This document shows, one piece after another, positions 37,060-47,200 of a stretch of 64,000 nt of DNA. A model generated the notes under the pieces. It made no database searches. It was not told where the DNA came from and saw only the letters and a program-made list of their open reading frames with translations. The stretch comes from Candidatus Omnitrophota bacterium (GTDB lineage: Bacteria > Omnitrophota > Gorgyraeia > Gygaellales > Profunditerraquicolaceae). Location of the stretch: contig JAUSED010000010.1 in assembly GCA_030650425.1 (NCBI GenBank), positions 10,104 through 74,103 of the forward strand, in the 5' to 3' direction. Both the position numbers and the translations under genes were made by a program. Positions within the stretch are counted from its first letter, which is position 1. Every line of letters begins with the position of its first letter.

Positions 37060-38955
37060 TTATAAATCAGAGAGGTTTTCGAGGTATTCCCAGCGCTGGG
37101 TGGCTTGGTCTATCTCGGTGGAGAGTGCTTCGGAGCGGGACTCGGCTTGGGCTCTTTCGGTAGGGGTTTTCTGGTAAAAACTGATATCCGCGAATAGGGC
37201 GTAGAGCGCTTTTTGCTCTGCTTCCAGTTGCTCTATTTTTAAGGGAAGTTCGTCTAATTCCTGCTGTTCTTTAGACGTGAGCTTGCGCGGGATAATCGGC
37301 TTTTCTTTTTTGAGCGGCTCTTTTTTAGGCTTGGCCTTTGACGGCTCAGACGCTGTTTCAGTATGGCGCTGGCTTAACCAATCATCATACCCTCCGGGAT
37401 ATTCATTAACCACGCCATCACCTTCCAAGGCAATGGTCGAGGTAACTACATTATTCAGGAATTGCCGGTCATGACTGACTAAAAGTAAAGTGCCGTCATA
37501 CTCCGAAAGTAATTCTTCCAAAAGCTCCAAGGTCTCGATATCCAGATCATTGGTCGGTTCATCCATTACCAGCACATTAGAGGGCTTGGAAAAAAGCCGG
37601 GCAAGCAAGAGGCGGTTACGCTCGCCTCCGGAAAGAACTTTAACCTTAGTGCGGCTGCGGTCCGGGGCAAAAAGAAAATCCTGCAGATAACCCAAGATAT
37701 GCTTGGGCTTGCCGTTAATGATGATTGTTTCGCTGGAATCATTAACATTCTCAGCCACGGTTTTTTCTTCATCAAGTTGTTCGCGCAGCTGGTCGTAATA
37801 AGCAATCTCTAAGTTCGTGCCGAGAGTGGCTTTGCCCCGCTGAGGCTCAAGCTTACCTAAGAGAATGCGTAAAAGCGTAGTTTTGCCGCTGCCATTGGGG
37901 CCGATCACCCCGATCTTATCGTGACGCATAATATTGGTGGAAAAATCGCGGATCAGGCATTTATCGCTATAACTAAAATGCAGTTGAAAGGCTTTAATTA
38001 CTTTGTGGCCGGAGAGGACTGATTTTTGGGCGCGCATACGCACCAAACCCTCTTCTTTGCGCTGAGCCTTCTTCTCCTGCCTTAAACGCTCAAGGGCCTT
38101 GACCCTGCCTTCATTACGACAACGCCGGGCCTTCACTCCCTGACGAATCCAGACCTCTTCTTCGGCTAACTTTTTATCAAAATGCTTCCATTCTGATTCT
38201 TCAATATCCAAGGCCGCCTCTTTACGCGCCAAGAAAGTTTTATAATCGCAAGACCAGCTGAAGATCCTGCCCCGGTCAAGCTCAACGATGCGGGTTGCCA
38301 GATGGGTCATAAACATCCGGTCATGGGTCACAAAAAAGACCGTGCCCGGATAATCCGCCAAAAACTCCTCCAGCCAATTAATCGAATCAATATCCAGATG
38401 ATTAGTCGGCTCATCTAAAAGCAAAACCTCTGGTTTTAAGACCAAGGCCCGGGCTAAGAGCACCCTGCGCTTCTGTCCTCCGGAGAGGCTTGAGAAATCG
38501 CTATCAGCGTCCAGCTTCATCTTGGAGATAACATTCTCCACCTGATTATTCACATCCCAACTTTCCGTGCGATCCAACTCTGCCTGCACAATATCCAGCT
38601 GACGCAGTAATTCTTTGCTATGCTCGATATGCAAACGGTGAGTAAGCTGATGGTAGCGGCTCAAAAGATTGGCCCGCTCTCCCAAGCCGGAAAGGACAAT
38701 ATCATAAACATTACCTTCTATCTGGGCTGAAACTTCCTGAGGAAGGTGGGTAATCTGGATACCTTTTTGCAGGACCACTTGGCCAGCATCAGGCGAAAGC
38801 TCCCCTGCCATCACCTTCATCAGGGTGGTTTTGCCCGCGCCATTACGGCCAAGCAGGGCCACTCGCTCGCCCGATTCCAATTGCAAGTTTAAGCAATCAA
38901 AAATAAGCGGGCCGCCGAACTTTAAACTGAGCTCTTGTAAACTAATTAATGCCAT
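37060..38955 (-). CDS. ABC-F family ATPase with two ABC cassettes and C-terminal coiled-coil (Uup-like)
   Basis: Two Walker A (GRNGAGKTT, GPNGSGKTT), two LSGG signatures, C-terminal EQQELDELPLKIEQLEAEQKAL coiled-coil. No TMD. Confidence 0.85.
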   Translation of the reverse strand: MALISLQELSLKFGGPLIFDCLNLQLESGERVALLGRNGAGKTTLMKVMAGELSPDAGQVVLQKGIQITHLPQEVSAQIEGNVYDIVLSGLGERANLLSRYHQLTHRLHIEHSKELLRQLDIVQAELDRTESWDVNNQVENVISKMKLDADSDFSSLSGGQKRRVLLARALVLKPEVLLLDEPTNHLDIDSINWLEEFLADYPGTVFFVTHDRMFMTHLATRIVELDRGRIFSWSCDYKTFLARKEAALDIEESEWKHFDKKLAEEEVWIRQGVKARRCRNEGRVKALERLRQEKKAQRKEEGLVRMRAQKSVLSGHKVIKAFQLHFSYSDKCLIRDFSTNIMRHDKIGVIGPNGSGKTTLLRILLGKLEPQRGKATLGTNLEIAYYDQLREQLDEEKTVAENVNDSSETIIINGKPKHILGYLQDFLFAPDRSRTKVKVLSGGERNRLLLARLFSKPSNVLVMDEPTNDLDIETLELLEELLSEYDGTLLLVSHDRQFLNNVVTSTIALEGDGVVNEYPGGYDDWLSQRHTETASEPSKAKPKKEPLKKEKPIIPRKLTSKEQQELDELPLKIEQLEAEQKALYALFADISFYQKTPTERAQAESRSEALSTEIDQATQRWEYLENLSDL

Positions 38956-38984
38956 AGGACCTCATTAATGTATAGGGGACACTT

Positions 38985-39030
38985 TCCTTTTAAGAGTCCC
39001 CGGATAGCTTTGACGGAAAATGTCCCCTGC
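38985..39030. repeat. Family A element
   Basis: ggggacactttccttttaagagtccccggatagctttgacggaaaatgtcccctgc. Confidence 0.8.
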
Positions 39031-39084
39031 TGTGCGACGACTGTTTCTTGCGAAAGGGTTGCTGTGAGTGTTATGGAAATAGAG

Positions 39085-39149
39085 AAAAAGGCGAAACAGT
39101 TTCCTATCCGGTCTATCTGAATACTTCTACGGAAACTGTTTCTTGCGAG
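39085..39149. repeat. Family B element
   Basis: aaaaaggcgaaacagtttcctatccggtctatctgaatacttctacggaaactgtttcttgcgag. Confidence 0.75.
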
Positions 39150-39166
39150 TATTTTAGAAGAATTAC

Positions 39167-39619
39167 TTAGGCGCGGTCGCGGCTGCGCTTGCGGAAAATA
39201 GGCTTCTTCCTGCCGGCTGGCCTGCTGTCTTCCCTGGGGCTGCGGTCGAATTTGGGCTTAAACGAACCTCTCTCCCCACCTACACTGCCGCCTTCTTTGC
39301 GCTTGGAAAAACAATCTTTGCAGTATATTGGACGGTCTCCGGTAGGCTTAAAGGGAACCTCACATTCAGTATTGCATTCCGCGCAGATAGCTTTAGTAAA
39401 ACTTCTCTCGCGGAAGCTATTTTCCCGGCCCCCTCTATCGCGGCGATAAGGATTATCGAAACGCTGGGCAGGCCTAGCTGTGGAAGACTGGGCAATCAGG
39501 GTGTCGAGCTTCTTCTCCAGAAAAGTTAATTGCTGTTGGATTCTACCAATGGCAGAGGCTAGATCTGACTCAGCCTGTGGTTCAAATACTGGGGGTTTAC
39601 GTTTAAATATCTTTTTCAT
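39167..39619 (-). CDS. Zinc-ribbon (CxxC-x17-CxxC) protein with Arg-rich tails
   Basis: CAECNTECEVPFKPTGDRPIYCKDCF. Basic R/K-rich C-terminus. Start taken at MKKIFKRK. Confidence 0.45.
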   Translation of the reverse strand: MKKIFKRKPPVFEPQAESDLASAIGRIQQQLTFLEKKLDTLIAQSSTARPAQRFDNPYRRDRGGRENSFRERSFTKAICAECNTECEVPFKPTGDRPIYCKDCFSKRKEGGSVGGERGSFKPKFDRSPREDSRPAGRKKPIFRKRSRDRA

Positions 39620-39767
39620 CTTGCTCCTTGTGTACAAACACAACACCGGCGTAATTCAAATAAACGCCGGGTGTCTTTTATCGTGGTTAAGTTGCTATAC
39701 TTTAACTATCTACTATACACCTTTTGGGGGATAAAGCAAAGGGTTCTTGAGAGACAAGGGGACACTT

Positions 39768-39812
39768 TCCTTTAAGCCGTATCTGATAGCTTTGACGGAA
39801 AATGTCCCCTGC
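39768..39812. repeat. Family A element
   Basis: ggggacactttcctttaagccgtatctgatagctttgacggaaaatgtcccctgc. Confidence 0.8.
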
Positions 39813-39817
39813 TATTG

Positions 39818-40525
39818 TTAGGAAAAAAGCTCTCTGGCGCCGTGCTTATCTTGGATATAGACTTCGGGGATAAATTCTATGGAGTTAGGGATAAGGTCGG
39901 ACATAACTTTTTTTAGGCGTAACTGCTGGGTGGCATTTTGAAGGTCAAAGATGGGATTTTGGCTAAGATCGTTTAATAAAAGAATAACCGGATTATAGGG
40001 AAAAACAAAATCCTTCAAAAGCTGTTTGATCAGCAGGTCTAAATAATCCGGCTTGTCCTTAAAAACATTTACCGCGGTTTTAAAAGTGATTTTTCCCCAA
40101 TCCTCAGCAATAGTTTTATGGATCAGGGCGTAGCTAGAAGAATATTTAACCATTCTGGCTTGGCCGGGAGATAATTTACTGGCGGCGTTAATAATCACCG
40201 TGGTAAACTCGGAATGCTTAAATGTTTTGATCTCTTTGTGGATATCAATAGTGAGCAGGTCAAAAATGTAGGCGCCGCGCACGCTGGATGCCGCGCTGAT
40301 CGTGCTGCGCTTGACGAAATCCTCTACCGCATCCCAAAGGATCTTTTCATCATCGCGAATAAAATTTAAAGATAGAATATGGCAGGTTTGGCCTTCGCGC
40401 ATCGCTTGATATTGGCGGACTTTGTCCTCATTATGGCCGGCATAGGAAATTTCGTCAAAAAGGGGCATATGCTGGAAGAGGTTGGAATTTTGGAAGCCGA
40501 AGTCGATGAGGTTCATAATAAGCAA
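39818..40525 (-). CDS. Hypothetical protein, 235 aa, no family recognised
   Basis: Long ORF flanked by repeat elements. No motif recognised from sequence. Confidence 0.35.
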   Translation of the reverse strand: MLIMNLIDFGFQNSNLFQHMPLFDEISYAGHNEDKVRQYQAMREGQTCHILSLNFIRDDEKILWDAVEDFVKRSTISAASSVRGAYIFDLLTIDIHKEIKTFKHSEFTTVIINAASKLSPGQARMVKYSSSYALIHKTIAEDWGKITFKTAVNVFKDKPDYLDLLIKQLLKDFVFPYNPVILLLNDLSQNPIFDLQNATQQLRLKKVMSDLIPNSIEFIPEVYIQDKHGARELFS

Positions 40526-40533
40526 ATACTCAA

Positions 40534-40648
40534 GGGGACACTTTCCTTTTCCCGCCAGGCTATGTAATAGCGGGCGGGATCCCGCCTGATAAAGAATAGC
40601 TTGGCGGGAAAAGAGTTCCCGATAGCTTTGACGAAAAATGTCCCCTGC
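40534..40648. repeat. Family A element with a ~55-bp insertion inside
   Basis: ggggacactttccttttcccgccaggc...gcgggatcccgcctg...gatagctttgacgaaaaatgtcccctgc. Confidence 0.7.
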
Positions 40649-40661
40649 TATTTAGTACATT

Positions 40662-41615
40662 CTAAATACTCTCAATTATCTTTATCATTTCCTCTTTGTT
40701 CTTTACCCGAGAGGATTTTTCGCGCAATGGCCGGATTTGACGGAAACCTTTGGTGTACCAGCCGAAAAACTTGCGGTAGATGACTACTCCGTTGCGCTCG
40801 CCATAAAAGGCGATAGAAGCATTTAAATGCTCCAGCATTACTTTAATCACCTCAGACTGCGCGGGCCGGGAAATAATTTTACCGCTCTTTAAAAACTCTC
40901 TAATCTCTTTAAAGATCCACGGGTTGCCAAACGAACCGCGGGCAATCACCAACCCGTCGCAATTTGTTTCATCGAGCATCTTTTTGGCTAATTGCGCGGA
41001 TAAGATATCGCCGCTGGCAATAACCGGGATATTTAAGGCCTTCTTCACTTTCTGAATTACGGCGTAATTTACCTTTCCACTATACTCTTCGACCTTGGTT
41101 CTACCGTGGATAAATAACGCGCTTACTCCGGCATCTTCAGCGTAAAGGCTGACCTCTTTGGCGTTGATACTCTGCTGATCCCAACCAATGCGCATCTTTA
41201 CCGTAACCGGGACTTGGGAATGCTTGACCACTAATTTCAATAATTTATTTAATTTTTTGGGTTCTTTGAGCAAGGCTGCTCCCTCTTGGCGCCGGACCAC
41301 TTTCTTTGCCGGACAGGCGGCGTTAAAATCAAGCAGGTCAAATTTATAATCTTTAAGCACATCCAAAGCCTTAAGCATGAATTTTTCTTCGCAGCCTAAT
41401 AATTGTACGCCTAAAGGCTTATCCTTAGGATGCGAGCTAAGCATACTCCGCGTCCTTTTGCTTTTATGGCCGATCGAACGGGCATTGATCATTTCCACAA
41501 AGGCAAGCTCGGCGCCGAATTTGCGGTTGAGCATCCGGAAAGGCAGGTCGCTTACCCCGGCCATAGGGGCGAGGATGAGGTTGGATTTGAGTTTTAGATT
41601 ACCGATTTTGAGCAT
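40662..41615 (-). CDS. tRNA-dihydrouridine synthase (DusB-like)
   Basis: LAPMAGVSDLPFR..., catalytic C in FNAACPAKKV, K in VTVKMRIGWD. Start taken at MLKIGNL, because the longer ORF start runs into a repeat. Confidence 0.8.
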   Translation of the reverse strand: MLKIGNLKLKSNLILAPMAGVSDLPFRMLNRKFGAELAFVEMINARSIGHKSKRTRSMLSSHPKDKPLGVQLLGCEEKFMLKALDVLKDYKFDLLDFNAACPAKKVVRRQEGAALLKEPKKLNKLLKLVVKHSQVPVTVKMRIGWDQQSINAKEVSLYAEDAGVSALFIHGRTKVEEYSGKVNYAVIQKVKKALNIPVIASGDILSAQLAKKMLDETNCDGLVIARGSFGNPWIFKEIREFLKSGKIISRPAQSEVIKVMLEHLNASIAFYGERNGVVIYRKFFGWYTKGFRQIRPLREKSSRVKNKEEMIKIIESI

Positions 41616-41635
41616 AGTATAATATTTCAATTCAA

Positions 41636-41703
41636 AGAGACAGTTTCCTGTCAACCTTCGTAAATAGCCTACTGCGGAAACTGTCCCTTTCGAGGATACG
41701 CAA
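41636..41703. repeat. Family B element (degenerate right arm)
   Basis: agagacagtttcctgtcaaccttcgtaaatagcctactgcggaaactgtccctttcgag. Confidence 0.65.
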
Positions 41704-41805
41704 GGGGACACTTTCCTTTAAGCCGTATCTGATAGCTTTGACGGAAAATGTCCCCTGCGAGTAGGAGGTTAAGAGTATTCCAGCCTGACGGAAAATGTCC
41801 CCTGC
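41704..41805. repeat. Family A element with a duplicated right arm
   Basis: ggggacactttcctttaagccgtatctgatagctttgacggaaaatgtcccctgc...cctgacggaaaatgtcccctgc. Confidence 0.8.
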
Positions 41806-41814
41806 GGGAAATGA

Positions 41815-43287
41815 TTAAAGAATATACTTGGGATTTTTGACAAGAGGGTGGCTGGTGATTTCGCTGGCTATCTCTTGGGAGATGCCGGGCTTGCCTAATT
41901 TGTAATACATATAATTCTTATAACCTTCGACTCCGGGCTGGTCAAAAGCATTGATATTCAGAAGCTCGCCCTCAAAGGCTGTGGCCATTTCAAAGAAAAA
42001 CAAAAGCGCTCCCCAATTATACGCGGATACCTTAGGCATAATAATCGTGCAGTTCGGACGGCCTTCACTGGCCAATGCCCACTCTGTTGCCTCCTGCGCC
42101 AAATGCATAAGCGAGCTAAAACTTTTTCCGGAGAGCAAATCCCCTTTACCCGGTATTTTTAAATCTGTTCTAAATTTCTCAACCCGGATAAAAGTAAGCA
42201 CTTTATTATCTTCCCCCTCAACATTATTTTGTTGAATAGAATGCAGATCATTGGTTCCGGCAGCAGATATAGGAGTCCTGCCCTTGCTAAACAAGGATTC
42301 TTTATCCGCCAGCCAATTCTCCACTCCATCAATACCTACCTCAACTTTACGGTGGTATTTTTTACCTAAGCTTTCAGCTAAAAGCTGCACATACCAATCT
42401 GCCGTGGATTTAAGTGTTTGAGAAAAAGGCATTAATATAGCTAATGATTTCGCCTTTTTACGGTAGAGAATTGTATGCAACAAAGCATACATATACGCTG
42501 GATTCTTCAGTATATCATCCTGACTGCAGCGATTAAACATCTCCTTAACACCCGCGAAAAGCTCTCTTATATTTACGCCCACAATCGCCAAGTGTATTAA
42601 GCCCATATTAAACTCTGAGAACCTCCCGCCTACGCCTTTTAAAATTGGAAGCGCGCGAAAGCTTAAAGCATCTTTTTTTTGCTCACGCTCTACCTTCGCG
42701 CGCAGAGCGCCGGATTGCGGGTCAGTAATTGCTAAAATCTGCCTGCCGTATTTCTTGCCTACCCCTTTCTTCAGCCAAGCTTCAACTAAGGCGAATGCCG
42801 CCTTAGGCTCGGTGGTTTCGCCGGATTTAGAGATCACAATCACAAATGTTTGCTTAGGCTTAAGATTTTTTAATAAAACCTGCAGGGTATCCGGATCAAG
42901 ATTATTGCCTTCCAAATAAATCCGCGGCGATTTCTTTCTTAAGGGCTTAAATTCATTGTAATAAGGCGCGCACAACGCGTCCTGCGCGGCTTTTAGGCCT
43001 AAATATGAACCACCGATTCCCAAGAAAACAACATTTTCATATTTTCCGGAGATCTCTTTCCCGAGTTTATAGATCTTGGCGATCTCCTCTTTATCCTGCT
43101 CGAAAAGAACCGCCCACTGAAGGCCTAATTTGATTCTTGCTTGGGGATTGGCGATAATTTTCTTTAAGTGCCCCGCGCAAAGCCGCGCCTCCGGAAGAAT
43201 CTCATCAATATCCTGCTGGCTTACGCCATGTACGCCAATACTAGCACTAAACAGATTATTAAAATCAAATTTAATCGCTTCCATCAA
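41815..43287 (-). CDS. pgi: Glucose-6-phosphate isomerase
   Basis: NVVFLGIGGSYLG motif. SKSGETTEP. C-terminal NAFDQPGVEGYK. Confidence 0.8.
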   Translation of the reverse strand: MMEAIKFDFNNLFSASIGVHGVSQQDIDEILPEARLCAGHLKKIIANPQARIKLGLQWAVLFEQDKEEIAKIYKLGKEISGKYENVVFLGIGGSYLGLKAAQDALCAPYYNEFKPLRKKSPRIYLEGNNLDPDTLQVLLKNLKPKQTFVIVISKSGETTEPKAAFALVEAWLKKGVGKKYGRQILAITDPQSGALRAKVEREQKKDALSFRALPILKGVGGRFSEFNMGLIHLAIVGVNIRELFAGVKEMFNRCSQDDILKNPAYMYALLHTILYRKKAKSLAILMPFSQTLKSTADWYVQLLAESLGKKYHRKVEVGIDGVENWLADKESLFSKGRTPISAAGTNDLHSIQQNNVEGEDNKVLTFIRVEKFRTDLKIPGKGDLLSGKSFSSLMHLAQEATEWALASEGRPNCTIIMPKVSAYNWGALLFFFEMATAFEGELLNINAFDQPGVEGYKNYMYYKLGKPGISQEIASEITSHPLVKNPKYIL

Positions 43288-43292
43288 GACTC

Positions 43293-43616
43293 CTATTTAT
43301 GCATAATTTTTACGGTTGTGCGCAAGCCATCCTGCCAAGGCCAAAGCATGGCAAAGATCGAATCGCGGCCGTCTTTTTTACAATAAAGCGTCTGGCCGGG
43401 CATAATCCCGCCAAAACTATTGATTTTCTTCTGGATCTCGGAAGACAACTCATCTTTAGCCGGCCAAGCAGGCTCGCCAAAAAATTTTTTTAATCTTTCT
43501 TCGAGCTTAGCCAGTTCTTCCTTAATGATCACTGCCTCAAAATAATCCTTGGTATCGGTGCGTAATAATTCAAACCCGAGTTTTTTTACCTCTTCCCTAA
43601 TCTCGCTAAATTCCAT
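43293..43616 (-). CDS. Hypothetical small protein
   Basis: Start taken at MEFSEIREEV. No family recognised. Confidence 0.35.
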   Translation of the reverse strand: MEFSEIREEVKKLGFELLRTDTKDYFEAVIIKEELAKLEERLKKFFGEPAWPAKDELSSEIQKKINSFGGIMPGQTLYCKKDGRDSIFAMLWPWQDGLRTTVKIMHK

Positions 43617-43670
43617 ATTAACCACCTTTGGCATAAGTATAGCAAATAATCCCCTAATTGACAATTAGAA

Positions 43671-43703
43671 AAGCCCGCCATTTGCATGACGGGCTTTTTT
43701 ACT
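43671..43703 (-). terminator. Rho-independent terminator downstream of 43727..44104
   Basis: Minus sense: AAAAAAGCCCGTCATGCAAATGGCGGGCTTTTCT. Confidence 0.6.
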
Positions 43704-43726
43704 CTTTCAGATAGGAATAAGTACGG

Positions 43727-44104
43727 TTATTGCTGGTTTTCAATCGAAACTAAACTTAATTCATCGCCGACTTTTTTAGCAACTACTACTACCTGAAGCT
43801 TGCTATCCGCTTGCTTTAAAAACTCCTCAATCTTCGCGTTGCTCCCCTTGTCGAATTTGGAAAGCTGGCTGTCGCTTAAGATAGAGTAACCGCTTGCCGC
43901 GCATTGAGGCATAAGCGCGCACTGCTTGGTGTGGGTTTTAACAAAAGCTGCTAAAGCTTCAGGCTTCTGGGAACCAGCGCACATATTGTCGATAATATCT
44001 CCTGTTATTGTGCTGGCCGCTGGAGCCTGAGCCTGTGTCTCCGCCGCGAAAGCAAAACCTGCTACCAAACATACTGCCATAACGATTAAGACTAATTTTT
44101 TCAT
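43727..44104 (-). CDS. Small secreted Cys-containing hypothetical protein
   Basis: Signal peptide MKKLVLIVMAVCLVAGFAFA. 4 Cys. Confidence 0.45.
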   Translation of the reverse strand: MKKLVLIVMAVCLVAGFAFAAETQAQAPAASTITGDIIDNMCAGSQKPEALAAFVKTHTKQCALMPQCAASGYSILSDSQLSKFDKGSNAKIEEFLKQADSKLQVVVVAKKVGDELSLVSIENQQ

Positions 44105-44258
44105 TTTTTTTACCTCCTTTCTTTATTTATATAATTGTAATACTAAATTTGCGCTAATCAAGGGAAATCTGACTGCTGAGTGTAGAAAAGGAGCACTTTT
44201 TGGATTGGCCTTTATGCCGGTAGGCTAAAAGGCTGGTGCCCCTTTTGGAAAGATTAAC

Positions 44259-47200
44259 TTATCGTAGTCCAGTAAATACCGCTTTTAGTTCCTGATTAGG
44301 CATCCCTGATTCAAGCACAACCAGGATGTCTTTAAGCGTTACTTCAGTTGGATAGCAGCGCTCTTCTTCTAGTCTTAGGATATCAGCAATACAGGAGACG
44401 ACTTTCTGCGTATCTGGATTTCCTTGAAGGCAGGAACTGGCGACATATTCCTTGATCCTTTCTGCTGAAGGAGTAATCCCCGCATCCACTAACTTCTGCA
44501 TCTCTTGCAGTTCTTGATTTAGGTTTAAAGACTTGAGCTGGCTTAAAGATATAACTGAAGAGGCGCTTAATCTTAAGTTACTCATCGCTTGGGTAACGAT
44601 GGGAAGCGCGCGGAAGTCAATACCACCCTTACCATCATCTACACCATTATTAACAACCGAATTCGCCTGTTTGTGCGTATCGGTTACTATTGGCGAAGAC
44701 AATGATTGTGCGTTTTGTTTCCGGTTATTTTGATGTTCCGCGATCTCCAGGAGTTTATCGAGGTATCTTTCTACCAGTACATACCTAAACCAATAAGGAG
44801 GCTTTCCGTCAATTTCATCAAAGTCCCATTGAACTAAACCAAGGAGCCTTTGTTCAAACGTCCTTTCATCGGAATAAAGTACAAAGAAGTCTCGATACGG
44901 AAACTGGTTAGAAATAAATTCTTCGTCTTCCACTTTCTCTTGATATGCGCTAATAAATAAGGCAACAGGAACAGAAGGTTTTCCGCGTTTAAGACCTATA
45001 TCACCCAGAAAAACGCTCCCAAATTCTTCTAATACCGCTTTCGCTTGTTTTACATTTTTGGCGACTCCGCGGTTTCGTAACATAGAAGGGCTCACTATTA
45101 TGCAATTACCATAAAACTCATCCTCTAACATTATTGGAAGATCGGCTGATGGAGCAATATGAATCCCAATTTCTACTTTGAGCAGTTGAGATAGTCTTTG
45201 GATCTTTTTAACGAGCCGATTTATAAGCTGTTTATGAGGTTCGGATTCAAAAAGATTCATGCCTAATTCTAATTTCGCGAGCTGCGGCTGTCTCTCTGGC
45301 GTAAGACGATCAAATTTTACGCCAAGTTTTATTAAATACTGCTTGGCTATTTCGCGGCGCTGCTTTTTTGATATCTTCTCATTAATAGGCGAAGAGGTAT
45401 TTTGAGGCACTTCTATTTTTACTTCCACCGCCGAAGAGACGGGTTGCTTCTGCGCCGGCGAGGCGGCGGGCTCTTTAAAGTAGACAATATCACCATCTTT
45501 AAAATTTATCTGATTTGTAAGGATATCCTCTAGAGACAAAGTCTGTTTATTCACAACCATCGTAAGCTTATTCTCTAGTATGCTCGTGATGTCAACCATC
45601 GTTTCGTTGTGATCAAGCGTTTCTTCAGTGAGCAGCATCAAAAGAAGGTCAAAAGGCCCGTTTGCCCGTAAGTCTAGGGCTTTGCCCTTATACCCCACAG
45701 TTATGGTAGAAAATATTGAGGCCTTCTGCGCGCTACCATTCTTTATCGTCTCTGCCTCCTGTAAAACAAGCTCTTTTTGTAACGAATATATCTTAGCGCG
45801 ATTTCCTGTTGTAAATACATGCTTTAATGTACTATAGTGGCCGCTGATGCCATATAGAAAAATGTCTTCAAGCTCTAAGAGGATTGCCTTCTCAGCGTTA
45901 GCGTTTAAGGCTGTATACATAAGATGAGTTAATATGAAATCAAGCGTTTCATCATTGATCTTTTTTAACGCAAAGGCTTTTTTTAAGGCTTCTTTCCCTT
46001 CAGGCGTTGGTTTAAAAAGCAAGCCTTGATAATAGACAAGGCCTCTTTTTACCAGGCGCCTGCTGTCACGAATACTTACTACCGGCTTCTCAAGCTCAAA
46101 GTAGGGGCCAGCTCCGGCTATATCTTTTGCTGTAAGAATATACTTAAGTTCTTCTCCTGATGTCGAAGTAACCCTTGATACTGATGGCTTAAGGGCGCTT
46201 AAGAACGCGTTTAAGCTATCCATATTGACATTGGGATAACGCGCGTTTAACCAAGCCTTGCTATTTTGAGTTGTTTCCTGGAGATTATTCATATAGCGTC
46301 TTCCGGATATAGACATACTAATTACTTCACCATAAGTAGTAATATAGAACACCTTGTCAAAAGAAGGAGAAATCCCCAAGAGGCGCACCCCTGCTTTTTC
46401 GGCTTTCGCTTCAATAAAGTCAAGTGTAGGGGTATAGAAGATAATCGGCTCTTTTGTTTTCTGGCCAATAAGTTTTCCTTCACGCCAAAAACTAAGAGCA
46501 TCTATGCTACCTTCCTTTTGTTCATATTCAAACTTAACCTCTGAAGGAATATCTAACTCCATGGCTAATTGGTCATTTTTGAATTTAGCCTGCAGGCCGT
46601 TAGTATACAGGCCGTATGAGGTAAAGTATATACCGCCTATATTCTCCCCGGCAAAGCCTCTTTGCCGCGCGTACAAAGACATCATCCGGCTAAAGGCCGG
46701 CTCAAAGATGATCCCGTTGTTGCGTAATTTTAATAACGGCGAGTGCAATGATTCAAGGTTATGCTTAAGAAAAAGATTGGTTAAATATAGAACAGCCATT
46801 TTTTGCACATTGCCTTTTATCGCTTCGGTAATTGCTACTATTACATCAGGGACATTCGCGAAGGCGATAACGGTACTTGGCTGAATGAGGCCAGGCGTGT
46901 TTCTAGCAATTATTTCTATTGTATGATCTTTTCCGGACAGATTCCCGCCTAATCTTTCGGTGTCAGGAATATCCCCTACTTTTATTAGTTCTTTGTTTTG
47001 TGTGGGCTTATTGCTAACAAATTTGCCCCACCATCTTTTAATAGAAGGTATTATATTAATCGCCGAAGAGGCGGTTTCCTTCTGCGCCGGTGAGGCGGAG
47101 GATTTTGTTGCGGTGACTAACGAAGAAACTTCTGGCGAAAATGCCACTGCTACTTTTGAATAATCACTATTCCTGGTTTTAAAAATAGTTGTCTTCCGAT

